DNA of 64,000 bases. It comes from Octopus vulgaris. Taxonomy: Eukaryota. The translations under genes were made by a program, and so were the position numbers. Position 1 is the stretch's first letter, and every line of letters begins with the position of its first letter. Positions 11,831 to 27,809 of the stretch are shown piece by piece. The stretch covers positions 56,172,001-56,236,000 of the forward strand of contig OX597828.1 of NCBI GenBank assembly GCA_951406725.2. The letters are read 5' to 3'. The notes beneath the pieces are model-generated. The model saw only the letters and a program-made list of their open reading frames with translations, was not told the origin of the DNA and ran no database searches.

Positions 11831-11875
<45 letters not shown>

Positions 11876-12059
11876 GTGGGGGGGGGAGGGGTCAAACAGC
11901 CAATTTACTGGTACGTCAGTTGGATACCATATAAATATTGGCGTCATTCAATTATAAAGGTAAATTAAATATAGTCATACTATTTAATGCAATATTGTAA
12001 TATAAATAAATTATTAGATTGTCAATAGGAATATCTCTTATTTTAATTTATCTTTATAA

Positions 12060-12106
<47 letters not shown>

Positions 12107-12172
12107 CGCACACATATATATATATAAATCATTATATTTCATATTTACATATATATTTATATGTATATATAT

Positions 12173-12522
12173 ATTCTTTATTTTTTTCTATTATTTGTTT
12201 CAGTCATTGTGAGTGCCGCCACGCTGGAGCATCGCCTTTAATCGAACAGATCGTTCCCAGGACTTATTCTTTGTAAACCTTGTACTTATTCTATCAGTTC
12301 TTTTGCTGATCGTTAAGTGACGGTGACGTAGGCACACCAACATCGGTTGTCAAACAATGGTGGAGGAACAAACACAGAAACTCAAACATACACACACAGG
12401 CGCGCGCGCATATACTCACACACACATACACACACACTTATATATATATGCGTCGGGCTTTTTTCGGTTTCTGTCTACCAAATCCACTCAAAAGCCTTTG
12501 GTCGCCTTAAGGATTGCGGCCG
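12173..12522 (-). mobile_element. SINE family B (internal TG/TA microsatellite, CR1-like tail), 5'-truncated
   Basis: Homologous to 32010-32403, 49222-49558 and 61180-61445 (CAAATCCACTCA.AA, CACACCAACATCGGTTGTCAA, GTACTTATTCTATC). Confidence 0.8.
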
Positions 12523-12869
12523 TCTTCCAGCGGTTCTGATGTAATAATTATTTCAGTGTTAATATTAAGAGTCCCTTATCTAGAACCAAACATCTTAATA
12601 GATGTGAACCTAAATAATTCTGTTATGTTATTTCTATTTATTATTTACAGCCATTCCAAGCTAAAATTTTTCTGGCATTGGTCATTCATACATTGTAAGT
12701 TTAGAGGAATTCGTTTAACCATAGAATTCTAGTGTTCTTAAGGGGTACCTCTCTTTATCTGAAATCATTTTTAAGCATACAATTGTAGTGTATAATGTAT
12801 AGCATCCATATTAGTTCAGATATGTAAAATAATTTATTATATTCATTATACAGTTTTAATGGTTTTTAC

Positions 12870-13278
<409 letters not shown>

Positions 13279-13913
13279 GTTATTTAGCGTTCTATCCACA
13301 CACACACACATGAGCTACGAGAAATACTAACATTGGGCTGCGCTATGTATTTGAAAAACAAAGCCAAATATCTGGAGTATCAGACACCGTGCATCATTAA
13401 TTCTTATCTCATTTAAATTGCTTCTGCTTGTAGGAAATATATCGTTGTTATGAAATGGCAATTAGGACCAATTCTATATGAGAAGTCGAAATAATCCCAA
13501 GAATAGCCAATTCATCAAAAATAATATGACATGAAGGGAATGCGTATTATTTGAAAATAAAAAATGAATCCCTTTAGTCGTAGCCGACAGACTGCCGCTG
13601 TGTATGCAATTCCATGAACACCTAAAAACTGATCTATTTTCGTACATACAGTTGTAATTCACGTTCTGATACGATCCAATTCCAATTCGTTGACCTGATT
13701 TACTGTCCGTTAGACGAGACAATATAACTGCTGTACCGTTAGTGGGGCACCCTATACAATACTGAATGTAAATTAATTTGGGACCACATAGAAAGAAGAC
13801 GAACATGAATTGGTAGTAGGTCGGAAATGGCCAAAGCCAGAAGATAATTAAGAATGATGACTCATTTGAGTAGCAGGGGTGTGCCTTCATATATATACGT
13901 ATGTATGTGTATC

Positions 13914-14201
<288 letters not shown>

Positions 14202-14869
14202 ATATTTGTATATAATCCACACGTATACATGTATATTACATATATATTTATATATACATATGTATATATGTATACACTCACGCATATGCACGCACACACA
14301 TACACACACACATACACGCACACACACATTTATAGCTGCACAGCCGCCTACCTATACACCCATGTTAATGACTTCCTCGTTCGTATTATTACCATTTTTC
14401 TCCATTGAATCTTTTTTTCTCTAGCGCTCTCATTACTGCCATTCTATTTATAGCGTCAAATTAGTAGACATACTACAGAACATACGTAAGGCAACAGTTC
14501 TTGATGTCGATATTAAGTGACACAGATTAAGACTAAATCACAAAAGACTTAAACATAATTACGAAGAAAAATCGCTTTAATAGAGTACAAAATTATGTGT
14601 TATGAACTCCTCAGACATATCTTTATATTTCGACAAAACCAGACACAACTAACACAGCGTAGAAAATAATAGATTTGTATAGGTGTAGTTTGCCTGTGAG
14701 GAACATGATTACGTTCAATCCTATATTGTAGCAACTTGTTCAAATGTTTCTTATTATCGCCCCCAACCGACAAATATTTCAGGAGTAAGTTTGGTAAGCG
14801 GCAAATGATGGGTCGGCAAATGGACGGAAGCATATTCTATATATGTATATGTATGTCTATATGTATGTA

Positions 14870-15005
14870 CATATGCGTCTGTTTTTGTCCGTATGCGTTC
14901 ATGCCTTTGTAATTGCTTCTGACTGCTAGAAAACCGTTGCTGAAGTTTTTACATCACTGTACCTAGCGGTTCCTCAAAGTAGACTTAAGACAATAATTAA
15001 AAAAT
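14870..15005 (+). mobile_element. SINE family B, decayed internal fragment
   Basis: AAACCGTTGCTGAAGTTTTTACATCACTGTACCTAGCGGTTC resembles the reverse complement of the family B body. Confidence 0.45.
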
Positions 15006-16634
15006 AATGGAATATTGGTAAGGCAATTCAGCAAGCAAATTAGCCCTATTCTTATATATCTTCGGCTAAAACCTCATGTTATAGAATCGTTAATTACTAC
15101 AACAAACATTTAAAAATGATTTGTGTCTGAAAAGAAATATGAACAAAGCAAACAAATGAACACCAAGGGATGCGCCATAACCGCAATCTCATTTGGTTTA
15201 CTCCCTGAGAAGAGAAAAAATGTAAGACTTTCGGATAATTATTTCTAAATACATTCCTTGGAGAATCAGTCTTTATAAACTGCTAATCAGCCAGAAGATC
15301 AAGAATAGATTCATCTGCGAAGCTAGCACCATTATAATCACCAAAGGCATTCGTGTTGAACCTTAGTATAATTGGGAAACAAATGTGTCCAGTAATCACT
15401 GAATAAGTCTTGCGTTTAATGATCAGCTTTGTAATCAATAGGTTGAAATACTAGGATGAAATTCTGAAGAAATTCGAAATTTATTGTGTTATGTTAACTT
15501 AGCAACTATCATAAAGTGGATGATTTACTTATACAGCGAATGTTTTCTAATGTGAACTTTTACTGAGGTTACAGCGGTATATGCGAAGGATTATTTTTCT
15601 CAGGATATATATTTCTCTCATCATACTGAAAGAAAATCGCGTTAACGAAATTAAGATAAAGGGATTTAGTAAAAATACAACGAGGAAATACATCTAATGA
15701 TATCTAGATGCATACATTTCAAATAAAACATAATTAAGAGCTGAGGATTCTGCCAGCTCACCTCCTTTGATGATGTATATATTGCATATAATCCTAAACA
15801 TATTAATAATTCTTTCTCTATCTAGAATATAGGAATCTGTTTGATTTGATCTCGCAACACTGAGAACGGGAATGGTTATCAGTAAAGAACAGGATGATTA
15901 TATCTCCTTAGCCAATTTATTTGCAATACTGAAATGTTTTAGACATAATGTATACTTTCTGATAAACCGATATTCTAATTATTTGGTAAATAGTAAGTTA
16001 CATGATATAACTGAGATATAATAAAATAAATATGTATATATATTTTGCAAAACCTAAAAACATTCCAATACAAACACCGGACTCCGGAGACGAAAATACT
16101 TAGTTACGAATAAAATTGCAAAGTAATGAATAATTTATAACGTTCGAAGGATCCTTCTGAGAATTCGTCACTTCTTGTCGAAATGCTCCGCAATAAATTA
16201 GTTTCTAACCGCTAAAATAAATATTTGCTGCGTGGTGATGTGAGATAAAGTTAGGGTTCCAATTCCCGGATGGACCCACTTAATTTATATCGATAATGTG
16301 TTTTTGTAAAAAAAATTAAAATATTTTGCCGCATATCACTTTCTACAAGACCAAAAATAAAAAAAAACAAAAACAATGACATGAATAAGAGAGACCAATA
16401 TCTATCTATGAATATTAATATGAGAAAATAAATTACTTATCTATATCTCACAGCTCAGTGTCCATAATAGGATAAATTGAATGTAAATGAATTGTTAAAA
16501 GCATTTATTCGTCATCGGAGCTGCAATGCAGTGGAAACGACGTACGCTTCACATTAGCGCCGTTCATATCTCAAATTATTTATTATATTTTTATATTTAT
16601 TTTTATTACCAACACACTAATTTCTACACAAATT

Positions 16635-17054
16635 ATATATTTCTTTACTGCCCACAAGGGCTAAACACAGCGGGGACAAACAGGGACAGACGAACGGATT
16701 GAGTCGTTTACATTGACCCCAGTGCGAAATTGGTACTTTATTTATCGACCCCGAAAGGATGAAAGGCAAAAGCGACCTCGGCGGAATTTGAACTCAGAAC
16801 GTAACGGCAGACGAAATACCTATTTATTTACTACCCACAAGGGGCTAAGCACAGAGGGGACAAACAAGGACAGACAAAGGGAGTAAGTCGATTACATCGA
16901 CCCCAGTGCGTAACTGGTCGTTAATTTATCGACTCTAAAAGGATGAAAGGCAAAGTCGACCTCGGCGGAATTTGACGTCAGAACGTAACGACAGATGAAA
17001 TACCGCTAAGCATTTCGCCCTGCGCACTGACGTTTCTGCAAGCTCGACGCCTCG
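16635..17054 (-). mobile_element. tRNA-derived SINE family A with Deu/Nin-like core, tandemly duplicated body and 14-bp TSD
   Basis: TSD TTTCTACACAAATT at 16621-16634 and 17055-17068. Minus-strand head AGGCGTCGAGCTTGCAGAAACG, box B-like GAGTTCAAATTCC, core GCCTTTCATCCTTTCGGGGTCGATAAATAAAGTACCA. Two ~185-bp body units. Confidence 0.9.
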
Positions 17055-17370
17055 TTTCTACACAAATTTTAAAGATACTCGAACTATTCTAGAAATAGCA
17101 GCATATCGTCATCCAACAGTGGATTGTTTTCTTATGAGAGGAACTCCATTTTAGACACTGTACATATTAACAAGCTACGTTTGAAATGAAATGACCTATA
17201 GCCATGTCGAAATCATACGCCACATGGCATAGGGCTCACTAAGTATCAGACATTCTCACACACGGAAGCGCACAAACTTATATGACGTATTATTTAAAAA
17301 AAGTTAAAATAGAAACTAACCAAATAACGTTCACTAAATGAAGGAGTAGAAACTACATGTTTTAAAGACA

Positions 17371-17492
<122 letters not shown>

Positions 17493-19442
17493 ACTTAAGT
17501 TATATGTATTAATTTTCTTCCTATATTCTACAAATGTTTCTTGTTGGTGTAATTGTCTTGCAGTAAAATAATTTAGTTGTGGGTGCTGATAATCCCATTA
17601 TGTGTTCAGTCTATTTAAAAATCCAACTGCAAGGTTTTGTTTTGCTCATTTATAACAATAAAATATATCATTATTCACTTCATAAGTCCAAGAAACTGAT
17701 TTATAGTTGCGATTTCTTATATATATGGACAGCTAGAAAGAATCCGCTTGCTTTTTTGTGGTGTTGCTTTCGTTCTGTTGATCAGTTGCAGTGTTGTTGA
17801 TGCCGTGCCCAGCCATGTTGTTTGAAGTAACTCTCTGAATAGTAAAGCCAAGTTGCAGTTGAAAATCACTAGGATCCGGAACAAAAAGCTCCATTTAATT
17901 CATCTGAAATTAATTAGTTATTTAATTCGGCTGATAGTTGTGGTTTCAAAGTCGGGAATGGCATTCATGGGTATTCTCGATAAATATTCTCTCCAGCGAA
18001 ATATGCAGCTTATCACATCGAGTGATGAAATATGTATGTATGTATGTATGGTACACGAATTGAAAGAAAAATGGCGTTCTCGAAAAGTAGAAGAAGAAGT
18101 CTTCTACCTATCGAGCATACGCTCTTTTGCAGGAAGTAAAAGGCAAAGCCAATAAAAATAGAAAGAAAAATGAAACAAAAGTATATACTTTAGACCGTCA
18201 CTGCATTCTTAAATGACCAGAAGAGGTCGCTTAAGATGTAAGTGGCAAGGAGGGTAACTATGGGATTTCACATGAACCTGGGTGACAAGGTGGATAAATG
18301 GAAACTGGCATGTGTGCGCGTGAGTAAACGCGTGTGTATGTATGAGTTTAATGTATAACTGTATATTGTGTAGAATATGCGCGTGTATTCACGTGTAAGC
18401 CCTCTTGTGCGTGTCTCCATCTTTCTATTTATATTTGTGTATGTGACTACCTGATAAATGTGTGTGGATGGTTGTGTGTGTCTCAGTGTCTGGCTTTCCT
18501 GTGTATGTCTGCATGCAAGCGTGTGTGTATTACACATTTGTGAACTTGTATATCTGAGTATACATACGTACGTATGCATGCATGTATATGTGTATATGAA
18601 TATGTTGGTAGGTAAGTAGGTAGGCAGGCCTTAGTCGACTATGTTACACTTCCTGTCTGCCTGCGACCGTATTGATTTCTTACTTTTGCAAAAGCGCTAA
18701 TTATCACATAGAAGTGTTACAGTCATTAACATGATTGACGATATGTTGCGGCTAAGATCATTACCTCGGGAGGATACAAGCTAAGCAGACCTCGACGGGA
18801 CGTATGAACTTCATTTTTACTAAGATATTTCTTCTTTACCACAGAGAATGGAAATCAGTCTCAAGTATTCTGCCAGAATAGGAATAGTATGAGTTCTATA
18901 CAGTATCAATGCTGATTTCATCTGAAAAATATTTTACTATTTCTTTTTTTTTGCGTGTGTGTTTTATTACACATTTCTCTCTTGATTTTTTTCTTACCTT
19001 TCGCAAATATTTTGTTATCTCGAAATATCTCTATTGCGAATACACATGAATAGTTTTATCATAACCGGCACCGATAAACAGTTCTAAAACTGATGCTTCC
19101 TAAGGAAGAAAGAATAAGGGATACGGCGTTCTTTGTTTCCTTATTTAAAATGCTCACAACATCTGTTAAATATCTGAAGTCTAAATGCAATGAATAACTC
19201 GATTTTCATTTATCCTAACAACAGCAAAGAGCATCGATATTCAGATATAATGATTATCCGAACGCTGAAAAGCTGGACAATGTTGGAAAGCCTCCAACTA
19301 TTTAAAATATTCCCCAAAGAGTAATTTTTCAGCAATAGACATTTCAAGTTCGCTGTAACCCTAGTCCACGAAAAAAGTCGCTAAAATTAATAGGCAGAAG
19401 CATGTGAGCTTAGTGGGATATATACAGTTACATATTCATGTG

Positions 19443-19650
19443 AAGGTACATGGGTCAGTGGGTAGAGCATCTGGTTCACAATCATGATTTAGTGAGTTCG
19501 ATTGAAAGACCGGGCTGTGTGTGTGTGTTCTTGAGCAAGACAATTATTTCACGCTGCTCCAGTTTACTTAGGTGTAAAAATGCGTTGCGATATCACTGGT
19601 ACCAATCTGTAACGGCCTTGGTCTTTCCCTTCATAATAGGAAACTGGAAT
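19443..19650 (+). mobile_element. tRNA-derived SINE family C (decayed)
   Basis: Box A-like TGGGTCAGTGGGTAGAGCA, box B-like GAGTTCGATT, then GTGTTCTTGAGCAAGACA..TTTCAC, a central-domain motif of CORE/V/Meta-type SINEs. Confidence 0.65.
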
Positions 19651-19784
19651 GGGACACTAGCACACAACACAGCATATGACAGAAGAAGTTCCCCATAAAC
19701 TGGTAACAATATAAACAAAACTAAGAGAATAATAAAATACACAGATAAATAAACAACTGGAAGTAAATAACTATATACATTAAA

Positions 19785-19788
19785 AATA

Positions 19789-19878
<90 letters not shown>
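19785..19878. repeat. (TAA)n microsatellite (unoccupied)
   Basis: Direct reading. Confidence 0.95.
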
Positions 19879-19883
<5 letters not shown>

Positions 19884-20354
19884 CACTATTAATATTAATA
19901 ATAAGTAGGTGTATACACATGAACAAAATAAAAATAAACAGAAACAAAAACAAACAAAAAACAAAAAAAAACTAAAAACAAATTAAACGAACGTATATAA
20001 ACAGGAGATACAAATATTACTGGCACTTCCCCCTAACACACACACTAACTAAACATAGACTCACATAGAGGTATACGCATGCGCAAATGAAGGCACATAC
20101 AAAAGGAATACAAAATACAAAATGGCTGACCGTTAGTAAGGAGAGACACGCAAATAAGAAATAAGAAAGCAAAGGGCCACTGTTGAGGTCACAGGAGTGT
20201 GATGAAAGAAGTTTGGTCGAAATAAGACTAAGATTAATGTAAAAAATGAATAACGCTGAAGCAAAGTAGCACCATATATATAGTGCGTGTGTTTTTATTG
20301 GCTAAACTGGCAAAATGACCATTCCTATATACAACAATATATATATATATATAT

Positions 20355-20416
<62 letters not shown>

Positions 20417-20842
20417 GCATGCATACATACATACATACATACATACATACATGCATACATACATACATACATACCTACATACATATATATATATATATAT
20501 GTCAAAGACACTGCTGAAAACAATAAAGAAATCTCTATAGTGTAAGGGAAGAAAATATATCCAACCTCTAGATATCTAGATCTATAAGGATATATTGTGA
20601 TACTAGGAAATCAAAGGAAACCTATATGACAGAATAACATACGAAACATCATTAAATAATAAAACCAAGCGGTCGCAAATTAAATCCCCCGAATACTACA
20701 TTTGAATATTGCTTGTTTAGAAATATAGAAGATTCGATCACGTTTATTCAAATTATATTGCATCGAAAAGAAATGTTAAAACAAATCAATTATAACAGTT
20801 TTAATTTGCCAGATATATAGATAGATAGAAAGGCAGAAATAC

Positions 20843-20884
<42 letters not shown>

Positions 20885-21030
20885 TGAAAGAGAGGGCGGG
20901 AGAGATGAAAAAACTACAACAGAGTTGTTGCTATACAAAAAGTTCTATATATGCACATATACATACGCACATAAACATACATATATGCACATATACATAC
21001 GCACTGTGATATATCTATCTACCTATTTAC

Positions 21031-21109
<79 letters not shown>

Positions 21110-21118
21110 CCTATTTAC

Positions 21119-21153
<35 letters not shown>

Positions 21154-21162
21154 CCTATTTAC

Positions 21163-21197
<35 letters not shown>

Positions 21198-21206
21198 CCT
21201 ATTTAC

Positions 21207-21256
<50 letters not shown>

Positions 21257-21687
21257 GTCTATCTATCTATCTATCTATCTCTGTCATCTCCCTCTCTTCA
21301 TACATATATATGTATTTAAAAATATATGTATATGCATGTACATATATGTATATAAGTATATGTGTGTGTATAAATGCAAGTATGAAAACCTATACATCTG
21401 CGCTTACGTAACAAAGAATTTCAGGGACTTATTTGTGTTTTGTCTTACATTAAAAAGACATTATTTATAAATATAATCCATAAGCTGATAAAAAAAAAAT
21501 TTCAAAGTTAAAAGTATTTGAAAGATTGCAGACATTGGAGGCAAAATGAAAATAAATCATTCGTAATATAAAGAAAAGCACATTCACTTTTAATATTGTT
21601 CACCGTCTGTGATATAAAAGGAATGGAATGAATATTATATATATAACTATATACATATTCAAATGCATGTCTTATTGACTACACAGA

Positions 21688-21727
<40 letters not shown>

Positions 21728-21859
21728 TACGAATGCACGCGTGCTCACACACACATTAATACGCTTTCTCACACACACACAGCTGACTGCGGAAATAAAT
21801 TATCTCTATCATGTTGATAATTCTTGATATATTATCAATATATCAATAAAATCTCTAAT

Positions 21860-21909
<50 letters not shown>

Positions 21910-22009
21910 TACAGGTGTGTGTGTCTGTATGTTCGTGTGTGCGTGGGGGTGGATAGGTGGGCGGTTGTACGTGTGCCTCTGTGTGTGTGTGTATGTGATT
22001 CATGTTTTA

Positions 22010-22670
22010 TGCCTTACTGGTAACAACTCGAGCTGTTGCAGCACTGGTTCTTTATTCTAGATGAGAAGGCGAGATCTTTGGTACTATGCAGTGTCTTCCA
22101 TTTCAGTGGTTGGTGTAGGTTTCAAATCCGGACTTGAAATGCTAAACCTTCCACAATAATTATAACATGCATATTTTCACGCCTTCTCTCTTGGAAATAG
22201 AAGTTCTGTTCTTTTATCATTTCCCAAGAGATCATCTGTTTTACCGTATCAATCTTCTTTGCGTTGTATCGCTGCATTGCTTAAAATACTGCCTCGACAA
22301 TGACGTTCTGCAGTGGGTGCAGTAATCATGTCGATTAAGAACGAAAGTTCTCAAAAGGAATAGCAAGTTATCCTTTTCCAAGGTTCTGAATGATCACGGA
22401 ATGCATCCAACTACTCGCCGCAGTGTTGCCATCTTGGTAATAAGCACATGGGAGTTTGAATTATTACTCATGTAGATTCCGAGGTCACGCACCGTCTCTG
22501 ATTCTGGGCTTGCACTATTCTTAGCCATGTGTACTCATAGTGTAGATTGTTTGTGGGGTGGGAGTGGAGGTTCCGAAAATTCTGAGCAGTGAAATGCACG
22601 TAATCTTCGTCAGCCAAATACTGTGTTGCTTCTGCGTCGTTTTGTAGGTTTAGTCCTTGTAAGCTTGTGA
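22010..22670 (-). mobile_element. Old CR1-group LINE fragment
   Basis: Minus strand with frameshifts reads ESETVRDLGIYMS..SFRTLEKDNLLFLLRTFVLNRHDYC..QERRRE, paralleling TFRTRDKETMMVLWRTFIFSHLDYC..LERRRE of 4896-5578. Confidence 0.75.
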
Positions 22671-22702
22671 TAACTTTGTACATTATATCTATCTATCTAC
22701 CA

Positions 22703-22772
<70 letters not shown>

Positions 22773-22773
22773 A

Positions 22774-22839
<66 letters not shown>

Positions 22840-22952
22840 CCTATCTATCTATATATATATATATCTAGCTATCTATCTGTCTGTCTGCTTGTGTGCCTGT
22901 CTATCCATCTATATGTCTATCTATCTATCCATCTATCTATTTGTTGATGTGG

Positions 22953-23594
22953 CTATGGCGAAAGAATGCATCTGGTGAACGCGTCTGAAAGGATTGGAGA
23001 CAAACACTTTCCTCTCTGGTCAATCTCTCATCAACTTCTTCAAGTACCACTTGAAAAGGAAAGTAAGAGTAGAGAGGCAAGTTTTGTTTAGCGAATGTTT
23101 TAAAAAAAGATGGGTGAATGTAGCAAGGATGGCACGTATGAATGACGAAGCCACCTTGAGCATAATTCTATGAACCCAGAAATTGAAAACAGAGGGTTAC
23201 CCACTTGCAAACAAATGTGGTAACATATAACAATACTGACCAAGGTTACCGTGGTCTTTTCCGTAGGCTTTTCTTCCCACGGATAAACCTTACTTGCTTT
23301 CCCCTTTACACCATACATCATAACACTGTGATACACGATCCCTATTAATCGTTTTTTTCCCTCTTTCCCTTTTCCCCCCTTTTTTCTACTTTTTTTTATT
23401 TTTCTTTTGTTCCTTTTCCTTTTTTTAATTTTTTTTTATTTTTTGTTCTTTTTTTCCCTTTTACGATACCTTTTGATCGAACACCTATGCCACCTTTATT
23501 TTTTTTGTTTCTTTTGTTTTTTTGTTTTTTTCATCTCCCAAAAGAAAAGCTCTACCTTGTAACTTGTCCCATCTGTGTGGCCAATAAAGAAACT
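22953..23594 (+). mobile_element. 5'-truncated L1/Tx1-type LINE with 15-bp TSD
   Basis: TSD TATTTGTTGATGTGG at 22938-22952 and 23595-23609. Coding remnant AMAKECIW*TRLKG..LINFFKYHLKRKVRVER..FKKRW fits the Tx1-type ORF2 C-terminus. T-rich 3' UTR ends CCAATAAAGAAA. Confidence 0.8.
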
Positions 23595-23872
23595 TATTTG
23601 TTGATGTGGTTGAAATTCCAATAAAGGAGCGTGGGATCTAGGTCAGTATACGACTCTTTCTCTTTTGGCAAGAAACCTTAAAATATAACTGAATAATGAC
23701 ATACATGAAAGACTTGAAATCAAGAAACCTGCAAGGTAAATATAAAAGCGTAAAATTACGAAGATAATGAGACATAAATACACACAAATACATGCATACG
23801 CACGTACGTATGAATGTATATAAACACTGCATATACATGTATCGTTATATATGCGTGTGAGTGTGCAGCGGC

Positions 23873-23929
<57 letters not shown>

Positions 23930-24647
23930 CATACATACACACAAACATAAACACATACACATGCACACACACACACATATATATATGTATATAAATATAC
24001 ATATACACGCTTGCACACATTTTGAATACATATATGTATATTCTCGCAAAACCGATAACAAATTTTCGGTGATTTTAATTACCAACTTTAATGTATTTTA
24101 AAAATAATCAACAGCGAATTATTTTAGAATCATAAGATTGTTATAGATTAGCAATCCACAAGAGGTTTTTGACAATCTAATTAGGTACGTATTTATATAT
24201 GATCAATGATAGTGATTATGTTACAGCGACTTGCCTAAATAAATGTATACACTCGATGTGTTTTCTGTTTGAAAGTTTAATGCTATTCTATCGAATTCCT
24301 CCCTTTCGTCTTAAACATCTCTCCTACTTTTTTCCACCTCAGAAGTCTCCACTTTATTATCAATTGGAGCTTTACTTTCAAAGAAGATGTGTCTTTATGT
24401 TTGTTTAGGATCGTGCGTATGGAAACATATTTGTATTTATGCGTTTATATTCACACGCACGCACAAATACACACACACAAATACATACACACAGAAGCAA
24501 AAATCACATATGTGTGTGTATATATATATGTATGTATACCCATGTGTGTATGTGCGTTTCTATGATACAGAGAAAATGAAAAGTAAAGAAGAAAAAAAGG
24601 AAAGCAAACTTAGATATGAACCGTACACACACACACACACAGACACA

Positions 24648-24754
<107 letters not shown>

Positions 24755-24826
24755 GACAGTCATTTACATACATATATCTATAGACACTCACATACGTATA
24801 GTTGTGTGTATGTATACGTATCTTTA

Positions 24827-24880
<54 letters not shown>

Positions 24881-25481
24881 CATACATGGTGATGTAAGCA
24901 TTTGCGTATGTATGTGTAAATAATTCCTTTACGTAGATGTTGGTGTATGTGTGTTTATGCGTGTGTGTTTGTGAGTGCATGTATGTATCGTTGTCGTATG
25001 AGTGTAGTTCTGTGCCAATGTATTATATGAAAGATTTGAAAGGAAATTGATAACTGTTGGGTGCTGGTTGTAAAGTTCATTTTACTTTTATTATCTAACT
25101 AATACGTATGGCGGCATATAACTTCGCACTCTTAAGCAAATATCACCATACCATTATTTGCATTGTTAGCATGAACAACGCTATCGATAGCTTGAGGTAA
25201 ACTTTAAAAAAATAATAATTACAATGCAGAAACGAAGCGTAGGTTACATCAATATTTGATATTCGCCTGCAACGATGTATGTACATATATATGCATTTTG
25301 TTCCCACACATTCACAGAAACACAAACACATAAACAAACACATATATATATATATGAACATACAGTCACAGGCACGCACATTTGTATGTATGCGTGTGTA
25401 TGTATGTATATATATATATAGAGAGAGAAAACTATCTATCTAGTTCTCCATATATTTGACTCTCTATCCGGCTACCTATGC

Positions 25482-25514
<33 letters not shown>

Positions 25515-25551
25515 TATGTATGTATATAATGTATATATATATATATGTGTG

Positions 25552-25584
<33 letters not shown>

Positions 25585-25666
25585 GTATGTATATATACAT
25601 ATACATATATACATATATATATACATGTTTATATATATGTATATGCATATACGCACACACAAACAT

Positions 25667-25720
<54 letters not shown>

Positions 25721-26239
25721 AATTTTTACACTTAGCGCAATGATGAAAATATTTCAACGGCAAATTCGATACAGCTTTATTTTCATATTCCTGCAAGATC
25801 GATTATGCTTATCATCCTTTTAAGTTTGCTACGCTAAACATTAATTAGATAGTCGCTCTGATGGTTGAATTGACTACATGTCTATGACTTTTTACTATTG
25901 CTGTGTCAATAAAGGAACTACTTGTTCAGTATTAGCTGGTTCCCTCTTCTCTCTCGCTTTTATTCTTAGGAAAAAATGTATATGCCGATCTAACGAAAGA
26001 CGTGCTCTGATGGGTTTAAAATATTCGAAGCCCACCTTCAGTTACGACAGTGCAACACCGAATACATCTGAATTTATAGGCCAAGGAAAGAGGAAGTAAA
26101 TAGTAATCAGTTAGAGGCGTCGAAATGAGGGAACGTTTCAGCTACAATAAACCAAATGAAAAATGAAGTTAGATATAAAACAAAAACATATCAGTTGTCA
26201 GATTTTAGGTAAATGAATCATTATTATTTCCGTTATTCC

Positions 26240-27045
26240 CAGTCCTGGTTTCAAATCCTGCCGCAGTCAGATTTCCATTCAATCCATTGTTGGGCCGATA
26301 AAATAAAGTACCGGTCAAGTACTAAGGTATAATGTGATCAATGAACTCTTTTCTTTTGGAATTGTTCGATTTGTACGTGATTTTGAAACCATTAATATGA
26401 AGAACAGTAAACTTGTAGAATCGCTTGGATTTTAGAAGAAATCTTTACCTTCTTTATTTATAATGTTTATGTTATGAGTTCAAATCCTGCCGAGAGCGAC
26501 TTTTTTCGTTGCCTTTCGATATCGATAATAAAAGAAAATTTGTCAAATACACATATATAGGAACAAGCTAAACGTGTTCTTAGCATAACTTTCAAGCAAG
26601 ATTAACCTGACAGCATGTATGAGAAGGCTTGTTCTAGAACTTCTGTCGGATAAAGTTGACCATGTCTTTTTAGAGCTCACGGAGGCCTACACATTTATGT
26701 ATTTTGTGAGGAAGAAAAGCTTTTGTCCTAAATGCAAGAAGGTCTTTTGCATGTCAGCAAAGTCATTCGACGGAAAAGCCACCGCGTCAGTGATGGTACA
26801 GCTCCGCCCCAATGTCCGCATAAGTGTTAATTTCAGAACAGATAGTACGAGACAATTTAACCGACGCCCCATGAATTCTGCCTAACAATAACAACAACCC
26901 GGGACTACTAATTTTTATGGACTCCCAATGAATGATATTTAAAGTTGGTCACGGCGGGGTTGGAACTAAGAATTCAGATGGCCCAAACAAATTCCACGAC
27001 GCATTATAACAAATGCTTTAATGACTCCAACAATTTCTCACCTCC
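26240..27045. mobile_element. Cluster of three decayed SINE family A copies (26240-26400 +, 26405-26545 +, 26900-27045 -)
   Basis: GTTTCAAATCCTGCCG / GAGTTCAAATCCTGCCGAG box B followed by CGATAAAATAAAGTACC-like core remnants. Confidence 0.6.
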
Positions 27046-27699
27046 TTTGAATTATAAGTACAATTTATCAATCCATCGATCTATCCCTCAATCTAGCCAT
27101 CCATCCATCTAGCCATCCAACCATCCATCGATCAATTCCTCTACGCATCCATCCATCCTTCTATCCATGCATGCCTCCATTCGTGCAAAGAGCTCACACA
27201 GAATGTCTGTATGCTTGATGTATACCCTGTATATGAAGGTAGAGCTTAAGATATTCCTGGGAACTATGCTGCGCAGAAGAAGAATACTATCAATATAGTA
27301 TCTGCCAAATCCATAATAATTTGCAAACAATAAAAATTTGATGAGGATGACGAGGAAAACGAGAAGAGTATAACGTGGAGAATAATGATGTTCGTAAAGA
27401 TAACAAATGCTGAATATGAAAGAAATATAATAAATGAAAGAAAATGATCCCCGTCAACGTAAGGCAGAGAAATAAAGAAAATATCTTCTGACTGCTTAGC
27501 TATAAGAAAATTTGATTGGAACATATGTAGGTGTGAGGAAATTTCTCGGCAAAAAAATGTAGTAAGAAAACATATTTAGTGGAAACGAAATACGAAACAC
27601 AAAAAGGAAGAAAAGCAAAAAGAGCGAGATTTAAATGCAAATTCCATTATGTCATCATGTTGTGAATCATGTCTCATAATATACTGATATATGTGTGTG

Positions 27700-27785
<86 letters not shown>

Positions 27786-27809
27786 TGTGTGTACGTGTGT
27801 GTGTGCGTG

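Noticed and set aside
15460-15485. CTGAAGA-AATTC-GAAA
   Set aside because: No room for stem II and no stem I; expected by chance in AT-rich DNA.
26560-26900. ORF 26619-26885 ending near an (AAC)n run, faintly like a CRE/R2-type C-terminus
   Set aside because: No diagnostic motif I can confirm; the CPKC is not part of a recognisable finger.
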